Positions 11,925-24,327 are shown, numbered from the whole stretch's first letter. The stretch: 60,987 bases of DNA, filler included, from Globobulimina sp. (GCA_003354225.1; 12 parts of 12 records of this genome joined end to end with filler, not necessarily neighbours in it); one strand, 5' to 3'. A program made the numbers and translations. Notes: a model not told the origin generated them from the letters alone.

Positions 11925-12492
11925 ACTCTGCAGTGCACTGCAGACACACACACTGCAGACACATCGGTCACTGCAGTGAGTTGCATGCGTGGTATCATGC
12001 TATTTTGTAACAAATTGATTAATTACTCGTCGGTTACTATTTGCGTTTCATTTGGAGTAAACACGAATATTATGGAGACACTCACAAGTGGTAGTTTTCC
12101 ATTACGAAACAATAAAATACTCGCTATCTTCGAAATTATTAAAAATAAGCAGCACTTATAATACACATAACCAACAACTGACATTGCTCCAACTGGATGG
12201 ATGTAATATAATGCAACACAATAACCAATGACACCAATATTTCATTATATCTTTTCGCGTCCATTGTAATGCATAAATCATGATATTTTTTGTCAAGTAG
12301 CGCCAGATTCTGTGGATCCAGTTCCTAGATGAAGGGACAACTGATATCTGACGTTTGTTTGACAAAGCTTGGTTCACATCTATGCTTTTGAGGTGATGGT
12401 TTCACATTCAAGTTTAGATGGTTTCAATCCTGACATAGTATGTGTCTGCTCACTTTCCAAGTTTTGGTAACAAGATACTTACATCACATAAC

Positions 12493-13152
12493 ATGGCATC
12501 GCAAAAAACTCAGGAAGAAAAATCACAGCATAAAGAAGAAAACATTCTCATTTCAGCATCTTCAGCAATTCGTAACAATTATAAATCGATGGGAGTTGAG
12601 AATTATTATGTTTTGCATGGGAAAGATTATAGAAATCCTCACGAAATAAAGATAAATGTTGCTTTGGATAAGTTGTTATTCAACAATAACAACAAATGGA
12701 TCAAACAAATAGATTTTTCATACATTTTAGATTTGTGCTGCGGTTCTGGTGAAATGACGGTGTATTTACAAAAGTATGTAAAGAAAAAAAAGAATATGAA
12801 AATAGATGCGATTGATCCTTATACAAATATGGCATACTTGAAACGAACCGGAATAACTGCATTCAAATATAATTTCGACGACATTCAAAATGGCATTTTA
12901 TGGCAAATAATAGAATCTCATTCAAAATGCTATTCATTAATTGTTTGTTGCTATGCATTGCATTTATGCGAATTATCGAGGTTATTATCGGTCTGTTATT
13001 GTTTGAGTATGGTTGGGAAGCACTTATTAATTATCACACCACATAAAAGACCGATTATTGATGCAAAGATGGGATGGAATTTATTGTATCAAAATGTGGA
13101 ACAAAAAGTGAGAATACGACTGTACCAATCCATTTATTTCACAAATCAATGA
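12493..13152 (+). CDS. Class I SAM-dependent methyltransferase-like protein
   Basis: Motif I ILDLCCGSGE, AIDPYT, LIVCCYALHL, IITPHKRP; alternative start at 12442. Confidence 0.75.
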   Translation: MASQKTQEEKSQHKEENILISASSAIRNNYKSMGVENYYVLHGKDYRNPHEIKINVALDKLLFNNNNKWIKQIDFSYILDLCCGSGEMTVYLQKYVKKKKNMKIDAIDPYTNMAYLKRTGITAFKYNFDDIQNGILWQIIESHSKCYSLIVCCYALHLCELSRLLSVCYCLSMVGKHLLIITPHKRPIIDAKMGWNLLYQNVEQKVRIRLYQSIYFTNQ

Positions 13153-13461
13153 TTCAATTCATTCATCAGTGTGTCATGAAAATAGTACCAATCGAATACT
13201 GTGCGCTTAATCAAAGTACATTGGAATAAATATTTATTAAAATGGCAAAACGTGTGCTTAATAATAGAAAATGTAATGTTGCAATTGTGTGTCCTTAATT
13301 TTGTTTGAATTATAACATTCATAATTATAACATTCATTTTATTGTACTTTTAGACCCAATTATGATTTTATTGTACTTTTAAGTTTTAAATAAAACTCAC
13401 TTCAAAAAAAGTTCTTTACCATCCCACCAATCGATCCGATCAAACCCACGTTTCTCTGATC

Positions 13462-14718
13462 ATGTTTTCCAAAATGATGCGATCGCAAATGAAATCCATA
13501 ATGTCCAATGTTCGCAGTTACAAAGATCATCAGCAATCACGACACATTTTAGCGACATCGGCATTAGCTCTCTCTCTCTCTGCCTATTACACTCAATATA
13601 ACAAATCGCATAATATCTCCACCTTAAACGAAAACGTAACGGCAATTAACAAAAGCAACAAAATCAAATTAAAAGCGCTCGAAACCTTATATGACGATTC
13701 AAATTACTTCAAACCATCAAAGCCATATTTCACGTTAACAAAAAAAGAAATCAATGAGCAGCCCAAAGCCATCTCGAAAGCACTGCAATTCGGCGCCGCT
13801 TTCTCTTACGGCGACTACGGCGATGAAGTCGCATTAAACGGCTTATCTTCGAACATCAAATCCGTGCAAGACATCAAAGACCTCATCATTACCGGCTGTG
13901 GCACCTCATTCAACGCAGGCTTATACGCACAAAAATTGATGCAATACGTCAAATCTTTCGATACCATTCGTGTCATGGATTCCACCCTGCAATCCCTGCA
14001 AATCGCGGCTGTGACCAATACGCGTGGCCCTCCCTTGGACGCCGCCGGTTTATTAGCCATATCGTCGGCGGATAATGGTAGCGGTCACGAAGTGGCCGTA
14101 GTGACCGCAGAGCATCAGCAACATCACACATTCACCTCTCAAGTGACCGTATTGTCTTTGATGGCGGCCTGGTTCAGTCAGTTGAACAACGTCGACCGTA
14201 CGCGGGCGAAGCAGCTAACCGATTCATTGCATAAATTGCGTTCTTACGTTGGTGGCGTAATTCGCCATACAAAAGCACAGTGTATACAAATCGCGAACTT
14301 ATTTGACGAGTTGGAGGCGGAGAACATAGTTATTTTAGGCCAAGGCTTTGGTGAATGCATAGCGTACGAGGCGGCGCTGAAAATGAAAGAGATTACGCAT
14401 ATACACGCGGAAGGGCATAATGGTGTGGCTGAGATGGATATGGCTGCGGATGGAGTGGTGATTATGATTGTGTTGGATGATGAATTTGGCGGTGTTATGG
14501 TAGAAAATGCGCAGGAAATTGAAGCCCGAGGAGGTAAAGTGGTGTATATTACGGATAATAAGGAGCTGTTAAGTGGATTGTCGCAGGAGGCCATTATTGA
14601 AATTCCTGGCAATGGGCCGTTGACTGCGTTGTTAGCGGTGGTTCCGCTACAAATGATTGCATATTATATTGCTATGGCTAAAGGTGTAATGATTGAGGAA
14701 ATTAATGAGGAATTGTGA
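13462..14718 (+). CDS. Degenerate GFAT/GlmS-derived double-SIS-domain protein lacking the glutaminase domain
   Basis: KEINEQP, GCGTSFNAG, FTSQVTVL, ILGQG...IAYEAALKMKEITHIHAEG, EIEARGG, LLAVVPLQMIAY match the GlmS isomerase domain. SQSGET, KHGP and the PRNLAKSVT tail are absent. Confidence 0.8.
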   Translation: MFSKMMRSQMKSIMSNVRSYKDHQQSRHILATSALALSLSAYYTQYNKSHNISTLNENVTAINKSNKIKLKALETLYDDSNYFKPSKPYFTLTKKEINEQPKAISKALQFGAAFSYGDYGDEVALNGLSSNIKSVQDIKDLIITGCGTSFNAGLYAQKLMQYVKSFDTIRVMDSTLQSLQIAAVTNTRGPPLDAAGLLAISSADNGSGHEVAVVTAEHQQHHTFTSQVTVLSLMAAWFSQLNNVDRTRAKQLTDSLHKLRSYVGGVIRHTKAQCIQIANLFDELEAENIVILGQGFGECIAYEAALKMKEITHIHAEGHNGVAEMDMAADGVVIMIVLDDEFGGVMVENAQEIEARGGKVVYITDNKELLSGLSQEAIIEIPGNGPLTALLAVVPLQMIAYYIAMAKGVMIEEINEEL

Positions 14719-15294
14719 GGGTTAATTAATTGCGGGATATAATTATGCTTTTTGTCATATTTAATTTTTTCGATCTTTTAAATTAAATTTATTTTTTTCC
14801 GTCTTTGCTCTCGATTTTAGATTCAAAAATATTTATTTTTACCTTAGAAGTTGTGTCAGTAATTTATACGGTTTGTTTTCATTGTTCTTTCTCTTTGCTT
14901 TTTGTTTGTTTTTTTTCTTCTCTATTTTTAGTATTTCTAATTTTTATTGGTTTCATGTTTTAATTTGCCTTAAAAGTCTTTGGTGAGTTTAAGATATTAA
15001 ATTCAATTTGAACGCATTTATACATATTTTCAAAATCATTGTCGCTCAGTTTCTTTTCATAATCATTGTCGTTTTTTAGGAATTCCAGGACTTTTAGAAC
15101 TTTGCTGGCTGACAAAAACGTTATATAAGGTAACAAATGAAAGAATGTCGAGTCAAAAGCAGCGTCGAATTCGAAACTTTGGAAACACTAAAAANNNNNN
15201 NNNNNNNNNNNNNNNNNNNNNNNNNNNNNNNNNNNNNNTTAATTAATTAANNNNNNNNNNNNNNNNNNNNNNNNNNNNNNNNNNNNNNNNNNNN

Positions 15295-18200
15295 CTTTAT
15301 GTGCATTGCAATACGACGCACAAAGTCCAACAACCACAGCGACACTCCCAAGTTCTCCATGGTATACAAATTCCACCGCGAAGGGATCTTTTCCTTCGAC
15401 AGCTCCGCCACTAACTGTCGCAAATCGTTGGTGGCCTTAATCTCGCCGTCCACAAATTGCGTCAAGTGAGTCAATCCGGAATTGATTAAACGTAGCACTT
15501 TCTTGCCAATGGTAAACTCCCTGCGCATAAATCGAAATAACGGATTGCGAATCGAGTCAGATTTCTCCACCAAACTCTCCATTTTCGCGGGGACCTCCTC
15601 CAGCCATTTGGCGGCCTGATCTCGTAAATCCTTCATCCATTGCGGCACTGCGCCGCCTTTCTCCTCCTCCTCGTCGTCCATAGTGGGATTGGATAAGATT
15701 TCCGTTAACTCCTCCATGGCGTTGCCAGTCTCCACATCTTGCAACAACAATAACTGTCTGCACATATCCTGAGCGCGAGCCGATAATATCATCAGTTCCG
15801 CGCGCGGCGGTAGCCCCACAATGGCCGGATTCGATAGTATCAAATCATCCGTCTCCAAGACCCATTTACGGATATCTTGGTACTTCGTCTTTGGCGGTAC
15901 GATGATCACCGGTCTCTGCAAAATCGATTGTGTCCGGAAATCGCTGTTTAATATCCAATTTTCGGATAGATTTAAATTGATTCGCTTCTTTCCAAACACC
16001 ACATAGGTTTCCAAGAAGACAATCTTTAATTTATTTCCATTTTCGTCCACTTGAACGATGCGGGCCAACATTTCCCGTTCGGTTTTATGATTATTTATGA
16101 TCGGACACACATAGCCGAGTCTGCCCACTATATTGTCGTCCTTTTGTTCCTCGGTCGCCTCGCAAAGCGAAGCCAACGCAAATTTCTCATTAAACGCTTC
16201 CGGGTTAAATAAGTTCTGCACAAAGGCCGTCAATCGCGCCGTGTCATATTTATTATCCACCCGACCTCCGTACACATACTGCACCAACATTTTATGCAAT
16301 GCGTCCCATGGGATCTCATTCGGGTCGATATTGCTGCGCGATTTGGTGATCTTATCAATCCATTCGTCCATCGCATCCATAGCGCAGCCTAAGTCCGTCT
16401 CGCTGAATTCGAAGGCTTTGCTCCATCCAATGGGACAGAACCTCAATCTTTCCAATATCACCGCATGTAACCACGCCAATAATATGTATAACCTCGACCG
16501 TTCCTCAGGTAATCTGTCCACGCGGCCACCATCTATGCCATTGAATGTGCGCTGTAACGATGCTTTAATGCCCAACGGTGGCTCATAAATAATAATCGAC
16601 GACTTCCGCAACAAAGTCACGGGCACTTTTGGATGGATTTCCATAGTCATAAATAACCGGAAAGCAGGGTCTTTCTTTAAACGATGCAGTCTCTTTTCCA
16701 ATGTCTGCAACCATTCCGGCGATAAATGCACATTTTTCAAACACACCCAAGTGCCCTTTTTAGTCGCTTGCGTAATGGCATTATCCGCCTTATCATAATC
16801 TTTGGGTGACCCCAACGCAAAGGATTGATACTTCCGCGACACGGACGCTTCAAACACCTCTGCCGCAATGGCATCGATCTTGGCCGAGGGGTCATTGCCC
16901 GGCGTAGACGCCATCAATATCGGCGTGTCTTCGTCGGTTTGGTCCTCCACAATCTGGCGCAATGTGGCGGAATTGGCATCAAATTCTGCCAAATTCCAAC
17001 CAAACACAGACTCAATAAAGCGTCGGCCAGACCGTATCATTTGATCGGGACGGAATGGTTTCTGTATCACCATTGCTTCCAAAAAGCGTTGATGGTCAGC
17101 TTCCGCACCGCCAGTGGACCAATCGCCAGGTACTTTGGCCTCGGCCGGACCGGATTTATATGCCTTCCATTCGTCTGTATTGTTCTCAATTTCGTCCTTA
17201 ATATTCTCAAAGCCAGACAACGTGTACAATGAACCTAATAACAATGAACCCACCGACGACAATTCCAACTCTCGGGCAATGCCACTTTTTACCGGCCGAC
17301 TGTCTTTATACCCTTTGCCGCGTAACAAATACTGCAAATATTCGTCTTTGATCGTAAACTCAGAGTCGGGATGCGAGTCTAAAAAGACTTGGGCCACACG
17401 CAAGCCCCACGCAGTGTGGTCGTTGACTTTCAATGCTCGCTTAGTACGGATATAAGTCACCCGATGCAAGGCCTTCATCAACGGGATTAAGCGCTGCTTG
17501 TTATCCTTTTCATCATCAATTTCATGTAATTCTTCCAAATTATTCTTCTTGCCATTGACGAGTACAAATTCGCACATAGTCAGAAAATATCGTAAGTCAA
17601 ACTGATACAAAAAGTGCACATTGGCGAGATTCTCCAATGAGAAATATAATTTACTGCAAGCTTTGGCAAATGGAGTGTAGAAATACGACGCTTCCTCGAC
17701 CTGAGCCAATACTTTCTCAGTTTCTTGCGCTTTCTCCGAAATAACCCTCGCTTTCAATTTCAAGTTTTCTAAGGTGCCCATCAACTGTTTATCCTCCAAT
17801 ATGTTGCCAGTGGCACTGTTCAAGGCATCCAATAATTGGTCCTCCAACTCTCGTAATTGAAATTTAAACTCGCCTTGCAATCGTAACTGGTCATTGCGCT
17901 TCTTTTCAATGTCAGGCGCCTCCACTTTCAATATCTTATTCAAACATTGCGACTGCAAACTGGACGGCGTCACACTGAAATTCACAAAGGTGACCCTCGA
18001 GCACAGATCGGGTGTAAACGACGACAATGGATCGCGAGTCACCAAAAACATCGTGAATGTAGGACTGAAATCGATCTCTTTGTTGGCCAACTTCACCAAC
18101 CGGCGACCTCCCACAGTCTGATATTCTTTATTCAACACTGGATTCAATATCGGATCCATATTCTCCACATCTTCAATCAACAACGCATTGCCAAATCGCA

Positions 18201-20289
18201 AGCCCGACTCCAAGTTCTTCGTAAACGCACTGTCTAAAAAGGAGGTCCTCACAATCTTATTCCTCTTATAATTGGCCATTATAAATCGCGTCGCCTGGCC
18301 AGAGGGGTCAATCACCAATGGATAGCGGTTGAATCTCTTCAAAATAATCGCATTCTCCACACACAACTCGTCCTCGGGCAAATATGCGGCTTTCCAGGCA
18401 ATGCGCTCCGACGGCGAAGATAAGTAAACTTGCATCTCCATGTTCTCATTAAAAGGCAGCGAATTATCGGTCAATATCTCCTTCCATTTGGCCATCAATA
18501 TCTGTCTGAAAGTGTGGTTATAAAAACCGATATAAGTCAGAAAGCCGGCAGATAATAAGCAGTCGCCATCCAACGTCGACAACTGTTTCTGGAAGTTTTC
18601 AGTCTCTTGCTGCCACCGACTGTTCTCATCCGACAGGTCCTCCAATAACTTCCTTGCGCGAGCCATAGACTCCTCGACCAGCGCCATCTCGTTCTTTAAC
18701 TCTGTGATCTTTTGCACCATTCGCTGATAGATCTCCTTATATTCATCGATCTTCTTCTCCAGCTCTCTCACCGTCGCAGTCAACTTCTCCGCTTGCTTCT
18801 GTTTCTTTATTAACTTCGATTTCAACTCTTTGATCTCGCGAGTCATTGGCTCCACACTGTCCAATAAATGCGCAAATTTCACCTGCGACCGCACCCATAA
18901 CACCAAAGGACCCGCCACTTTCGACGCTTTATTGACTCGTTCAAAATTAAAATCAGGGTTGCTCAGATATAGTTTATTCAATTTTTTGCGCGTCTTGTCC
19001 CCCACGGCATTCGTATCAAATTTCAAGATGGAAGGAATAAAATCGTTGCCGGCCAACATCTTTTGCACAGACTTCCAATCTTTGATTTTCCGGCCCATTA
19101 AGGTCGCCACTGCGCGCATGGTAATATCCACCATTTTGGGCGGAGTCTTCAACGATTTAATCTCATTCAATTGCTTCTTATTAATGTTACTCACCGCTTT
19201 CTGAGCGGCTTCCAACGCAGGTTTTGCTTCGGCTAATTCTGATTCTACATTGGCAGTACGCTCATTAATTTCCTTCATCTCAATGTCCACCTCTTTACTG
19301 ACACGGATCGCTTCGCTTCGCTTTTTCGACGCATCTTTTTCAGCCACCATCATTTGCTCCAACGTAGCTTTGGCCTTTTTCTGCTCCGATGCCAATTCCT
19401 TGCTTTGTGCATCTAACTCAATCTGCCGTTTGGCCACTTCATCCTCGGTCTCTTTCAGCGCTTTTAAGCCGGTGTTCAAATGCTTTTGTTGGTCCTCTAA
19501 TTGCGTCCGTTTCTCCTCAAACATCGCTACAAAATGATGGATTAAGTCCAAATAATGTCTGGGCGTCACAAACGTCGATCGCACCATTTGATTGGCTAAG
19601 TATTCCATCACTTTCTCCACCATTTGGTGGAACTGCACAATGGTTTGCGACACTGACAAATGTACACCATATATTTCATCATCCTCAAGGTCGTCGTCAT
19701 GCTTTTTCTCCTCCCGAGGCTCCGTACGCAATTCAGGCGGAACGCCGATATTTAAGTCACACGATTCAGTAAATTCTGCCGCGACTTGCAACAATGCGTC
19801 CTGTGGCCAGGTACCCCACCAATTGATGACGCAGCGATTGAACAAAGCAGGCGACGTAGCAGCCCGATCACTGAAATCGCCGCCAGCCGGATTCATAGTG
19901 AATACGATATGCAAGTTATTCTGCACATGCGTCGTAAACATGTTATATAACTCCTCTTCCGTATCGATAATAAGTCCATCTTTGCGGGCGGCTTCGCGTA
20001 GTTTCATAATCAATTGCATATATTCAGCATCCTCAAATAAGCCAGGAACTTCTCCAGAGGCTAACAACGCATTCATTCGTTCTAAAAATGCCGTATCCAA
20101 AATATTAGATTCATCGAATATAAACGTCATTTTTTGCTGTTCCACACCGGATTGAATCAATACTTGTCGCAAATCAATATCGAAATCTTCCGCGCCGTAA
20201 TCTTTATGCACTTTGATTTGAAACGTAGTCATACCATTCAACCACGACACAAATCGACTAAATACGGTCTTACACGCCCCAGAGGCCCC
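15295..20289 (-). CDS. DYNC1H1: Cytoplasmic dynein 1 heavy chain, internal fragment (AAA4-stalk-AAA5-AAA6-C-terminal), truncated at both ends
   Basis: FIFDESN...FLERMNALLASGEVPGLFE, NLHIVFTMNP, ATSPALFNRC, TPRHYLD, RFNRYPLVIDPSGQA, LCSRVTFVNF, WVCLKNVHLSPEWL, GGRVDN. Confidence 0.95.
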
Positions 20290-20389
20290 NNNNNNNNNNN
20301 NNNNNNNNNNNNNNNNNNNNNNNNNNNNNNNNNTTAATTAATTAANNNNNNNNNNNNNNNNNNNNNNNNNNNNNNNNNNNNNNNNNNNN

Positions 20390-20764
20390 AGTGCCGTTTG
20401 TCGGGGGGATTTTCAATGTTGATATGGTATCATTTGGTTGGTTATTGGCATTTGTTTCATAATTTAGCTTTTTGTTGCTTTTCTTATTGGCATTTGTATG
20501 ATAATTTCGCTTTTTGTAACTTTTCTTTATTTTGTTGCTTTTCATTATTTTGTATTGGGTTTGTATTTTATCTTCATAGCCGTGATGTATTTCAATTAGT
20601 TGTTGTTGATTAATTTGGATGATTTTTTTGGTTCGTTTCTTAATTTTTTGTGTGATGTGCTTATTTCTTTCCAATGTACCATATATATCATCTGGATTCA
20701 ACTTTTCACAACAAACAAGCCAGGCACATAGAGATGCATCGTATAGGCACTGTGAAGGAATCAA
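20390..20764 (-). CDS. Hypothetical Lys/Asn-rich ORF running off the contig end
   Basis: Open frame only; no motif recognised. Confidence 0.3.
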
Positions 20765-20892
20765 GAGCGAGGGTATGGTTGCAGTAATAATGTGAAGAGG
20801 GGGAGAACTTGGAAAGTTTTTTTTGTGAGACTAGCAAGTTTTTTATATATACTCAAATCAATGTACAAGTAATTATAATTTATGGTTTTATT

Positions 20893-22503
20893 TTATTCTG
20901 GATTGATGTTTTTATTCTTTAAATGCATTTCCTGCAACCTTTGTATTCTTAAATCAGTCAATAATAATCCCAACTCAGTAAATGCAAATCCAATAAACAC
21001 CGCATACACAAACGTCAACACCAATGTTAACCAATGATTCTCCAAACCAACCAATCCCGTCACTGTATTTTCCAGCGCCAATTGAATAAATGTCTCCCAC
21101 GCAAATGACACAGCCACTGCAAACGCTGCGTTATATGTTTTATGCATCTTGTCATAAAAAATCAAACTCCGCACATTATTCATCAATTTTGCCTCCTTAT
21201 CACTTTCTTCATTTTTAATCTTTTCGATCTTAGAAAATATTTTTTCCTGTCTGCTAAGTCTATATTTTTCGGTCAACACACCAAATATCACAAAGGCTAA
21301 TGTGCCCAACATTGCCCATTTAAATTGCACCCAAACTGCAGTCGCTTGGCCTGGTGTCAACAATGACCAACCAATGCATGCTGCCAATATGTCAAACCAT
21401 AATATACCGACTTCATTCAACCAATTTAGTATAAAAACTAAACATTGATGATAACAACCAGGTGCCTGACGGTTGCCATTGTCAAGCAACTGACGATTAT
21501 GTCTATTATGCACAAACTGATAGCAAGGCACTTTGCATTTTAACTCCATAAACCCCTCCATTACTGCAGCAACAATGGCTAATAACAAACCAAAGATGAT
21601 AATGGGCCATATATTATTCAATATGGAACTCATATGTTGGAATTCTTGCCATCGCACTAATAAATTAACATAGTCATTGATAAACATATAAACCACACAT
21701 TCAATCAGCACAAATCCAATGGGAATTGCCCACATTTGCTGTACTATCATGAATACCGTACACACGAAATTATCCATTTCATCTGAAAGTGTTTCGGCAC
21801 TAAAATCAGAATTGTTGCTGATTAATGCTACCGTTTCTGAGCTAGCTGCGTTATCCGCGAGGTCTAATTTATATAATTTATAGTATTTTCGATATTGTTT
21901 TATCAAATGATCAGTCAATGACTGCTTTAATATAAATATTTTGATCAAAATGATAACTCCGATGGACACGCACGCATAGCCTAATAATATGAAAAACCAA
22001 CTCCATGCACTGTTTGCTGTATCGCTAAAGTATTCGTATTGAATTATTACACATAAATATAACAATCCAACTCCAACTAAATTAGTGCTAAGATGCACTA
22101 AATATATATAATGTGTTGCCGTTGTGAACCGTCTGAGACAATATAATAAAGTCAAACATATGATTGCGATGGTCACTGTAAAGAGGAATAAAGACCATGT
22201 CACTGTTTCAGCTGTGATTTTGCGACGAGTAGCTCGAGTTTCTAAGCCTTGGATGTGTACTTGGACGAAGGTAATGGCCATCATTAATTGTGTTACTTCA
22301 ATGAAATATGTTAATAAAGGGATTTGAATCCATGTTCGTTTGCTGATGCAACTAATATCCAACACAAATATTAATGGATATAAAATGTAATACAGCATTT
22401 TCTGATGGATGTATAGTTTATCATAATGCACCGCTTCTGATATTTGCTGTTTTGGAATTTGTTCTGCTGCATCATTTTGGCTCTTTTGTTCAATATCGGC
22501 CAT
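20893..22503 (-). CDS. Multi-pass membrane protein of unknown family
   Basis: 536-aa intronless ORF with about 10 hydrophobic segments; AVAVSFAWE motif. Confidence 0.7.
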   Translation of the reverse strand: MADIEQKSQNDAAEQIPKQQISEAVHYDKLYIHQKMLYYILYPLIFVLDISCISKRTWIQIPLLTYFIEVTQLMMAITFVQVHIQGLETRATRRKITAETVTWSLFLFTVTIAIICLTLLYCLRRFTTATHYIYLVHLSTNLVGVGLLYLCVIIQYEYFSDTANSAWSWFFILLGYACVSIGVIILIKIFILKQSLTDHLIKQYRKYYKLYKLDLADNAASSETVALISNNSDFSAETLSDEMDNFVCTVFMIVQQMWAIPIGFVLIECVVYMFINDYVNLLVRWQEFQHMSSILNNIWPIIIFGLLLAIVAAVMEGFMELKCKVPCYQFVHNRHNRQLLDNGNRQAPGCYHQCLVFILNWLNEVGILWFDILAACIGWSLLTPGQATAVWVQFKWAMLGTLAFVIFGVLTEKYRLSRQEKIFSKIEKIKNEESDKEAKLMNNVRSLIFYDKMHKTYNAAFAVAVSFAWETFIQLALENTVTGLVGLENHWLTLVLTFVYAVFIGFAFTELGLLLTDLRIQRLQEMHLKNKNINPE

Positions 22504-22539
22504 GCAAAATGAACAAGTTTAGTACGTTACTTCAAAACG

Positions 22540-24168
22540 TTATTTATTATCATTTAATTGTGGTGGAAGTAGTATTGTATTGGCACAATGAATGGACAGT
22601 TCCATGCCTATGTTGACAGCTTTCATAAATAAATTCCCAACTTTATGTATTTGAGAGTGTGTCTTAATTTTCTTAATTAATGTTTTCCAAAATTTATTCA
22701 ATTCATTAAAACATAATGTATCAATGTTACATTCTTTACACAATATTAAATGCTCAATAATACCAAATGCAGCATTCAATAAATTTTCATCTAAATCGAT
22801 TTCCTTTCCATTTATAACATCATCAATATCGTTTTTCTTTTCTTCATCATTTACATTTCCAATAAATATTTTTTCCATAATTATCCCCCAATTTTCAATC
22901 AATTTATATTTTTCAATCATACGCTTTAATTGATCGCCACCGCATTGCTGTATAATATGTGCGAGTGTATAAATAACCGGTCTTCCAACTCGATAATCTT
23001 TAGTTTTACTAATTGCGTTGATCAATGGCCACATAACATCATATACACGCAAACAATCAGCATAACCGAGGGTTTCTACGATCCAACAGGCCCAGCGAAT
23101 GTTTTCTTTGTTGTTATCATTTAACAACACCTTATTTAATTCCGTCAACAAATTAAAATCAAAAATTATTTCATTCTGTAACTTATAATCGCCACATTTA
23201 CTTATTCGATATAATAAGCGCAATGCATATGTTTTAACTCTATGCACAGAATACCCATTAACTAAATCTATTAATCTCTGTAACAATTCATGTGGTAACT
23301 TATCATAAGTACCAAAATAAATAAATACAATGCGAATAATATCACTTGGAACATCTAATTTACTTTCACTCGATTCATTTCGTATATATCCAGTAACCAA
23401 CATAGAATTTTGTGTATTTTTTTTACGATATGTTTTTGTAATAACTGCTTTTGAGCGTTGATAGTTATAAATAAGCATATAAATAATATCCGCATTAGTG
23501 TGTTGATTATTAACTAATTGGATGTATGCTTGTAATACATCAGTAAGTATGCGACTATCTTCATACACAATTAATAAACTTAACCCGTCCAGGACACGGT
23601 TACAAATACCAATAGATCTATCAGTCTCTGCTGATTCCATTCGAGCAATATGAGATAATACAATTAACCCTTTCTTTATAACACCAACATCATTGGATGG
23701 GTTTAAAAATGGTTTTAACTTTTCTAAGATTCTTTCATTTAACGCTATATCTCTGTATTCATCATCTTTTTTAGCTTTATTGCCATATTGGAGTCCATAA
23801 AAATTACTTAATGCATCAGCGTTATCATATGCGTTTGATATTAGTTTTAAAATAGAACTTTGTTTGCTAGTATCACCATTGTGTTTGCATTCTTCTTTAA
23901 TATAAAAAGATCGGATAAAATCATTAATGGTTCTGGGAGAAATTATCATATGTAAAATTGCTCCATGATGCATATTATAATCAAATACTGTGCATTCTTC
24001 ATGTAACCGAACTTTGTTTAACGTTAATTGAAAGCCTACTTTTTTAATATCAGTTCCGCGAATTTTTTGAATTTTGTGAATTTTTTCCTTTATAGTTTTA
24101 ATTGTATCTGTTTTATCCACATTTAACACAAAAGTGTTCCCAAAAGCACTTGTTATGAATAGATCCAT
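22540..24168 (-). CDS. N-terminal ubiquitin-like domain plus ARM-repeat (importin-alpha-like) protein
   Basis: MDLFITSAFGNTFVLNVDKTDTIKTIKEKI...TVFDYNMHHGAILHMI (Ubl); ARM-like YALRLLYRIS, IRWACWIVETL, VIYTLAHI. Confidence 0.7.
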   Translation of the reverse strand: MDLFITSAFGNTFVLNVDKTDTIKTIKEKIHKIQKIRGTDIKKVGFQLTLNKVRLHEECTVFDYNMHHGAILHMIISPRTINDFIRSFYIKEECKHNGDTSKQSSILKLISNAYDNADALSNFYGLQYGNKAKKDDEYRDIALNERILEKLKPFLNPSNDVGVIKKGLIVLSHIARMESAETDRSIGICNRVLDGLSLLIVYEDSRILTDVLQAYIQLVNNQHTNADIIYMLIYNYQRSKAVITKTYRKKNTQNSMLVTGYIRNESSESKLDVPSDIIRIVFIYFGTYDKLPHELLQRLIDLVNGYSVHRVKTYALRLLYRISKCGDYKLQNEIIFDFNLLTELNKVLLNDNNKENIRWACWIVETLGYADCLRVYDVMWPLINAISKTKDYRVGRPVIYTLAHIIQQCGGDQLKRMIEKYKLIENWGIIMEKIFIGNVNDEEKKNDIDDVINGKEIDLDENLLNAAFGIIEHLILCKECNIDTLCFNELNKFWKTLIKKIKTHSQIHKVGNLFMKAVNIGMELSIHCANTILLPPQLNDNK

Positions 24169-24327
24169 GGCTGATTACAAAAAACGCAGCAAAACTGTAA
24201 CTTGCATGTGTATGGGTGCTACTACGTACGCGACTATAAACCAGATTCATGCAATTATAATTCGCGGCCGGCGATGGAATTAATTATGCATTAATCGCTC
24301 TAAATATAGATTCTAAAATACACACTC

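Noticed and set aside
11610-12377. Short ORFs 11610-11846, 11976-12161, 12156-12377
   Set aside because: No motifs, low complexity or overlap with repeats.
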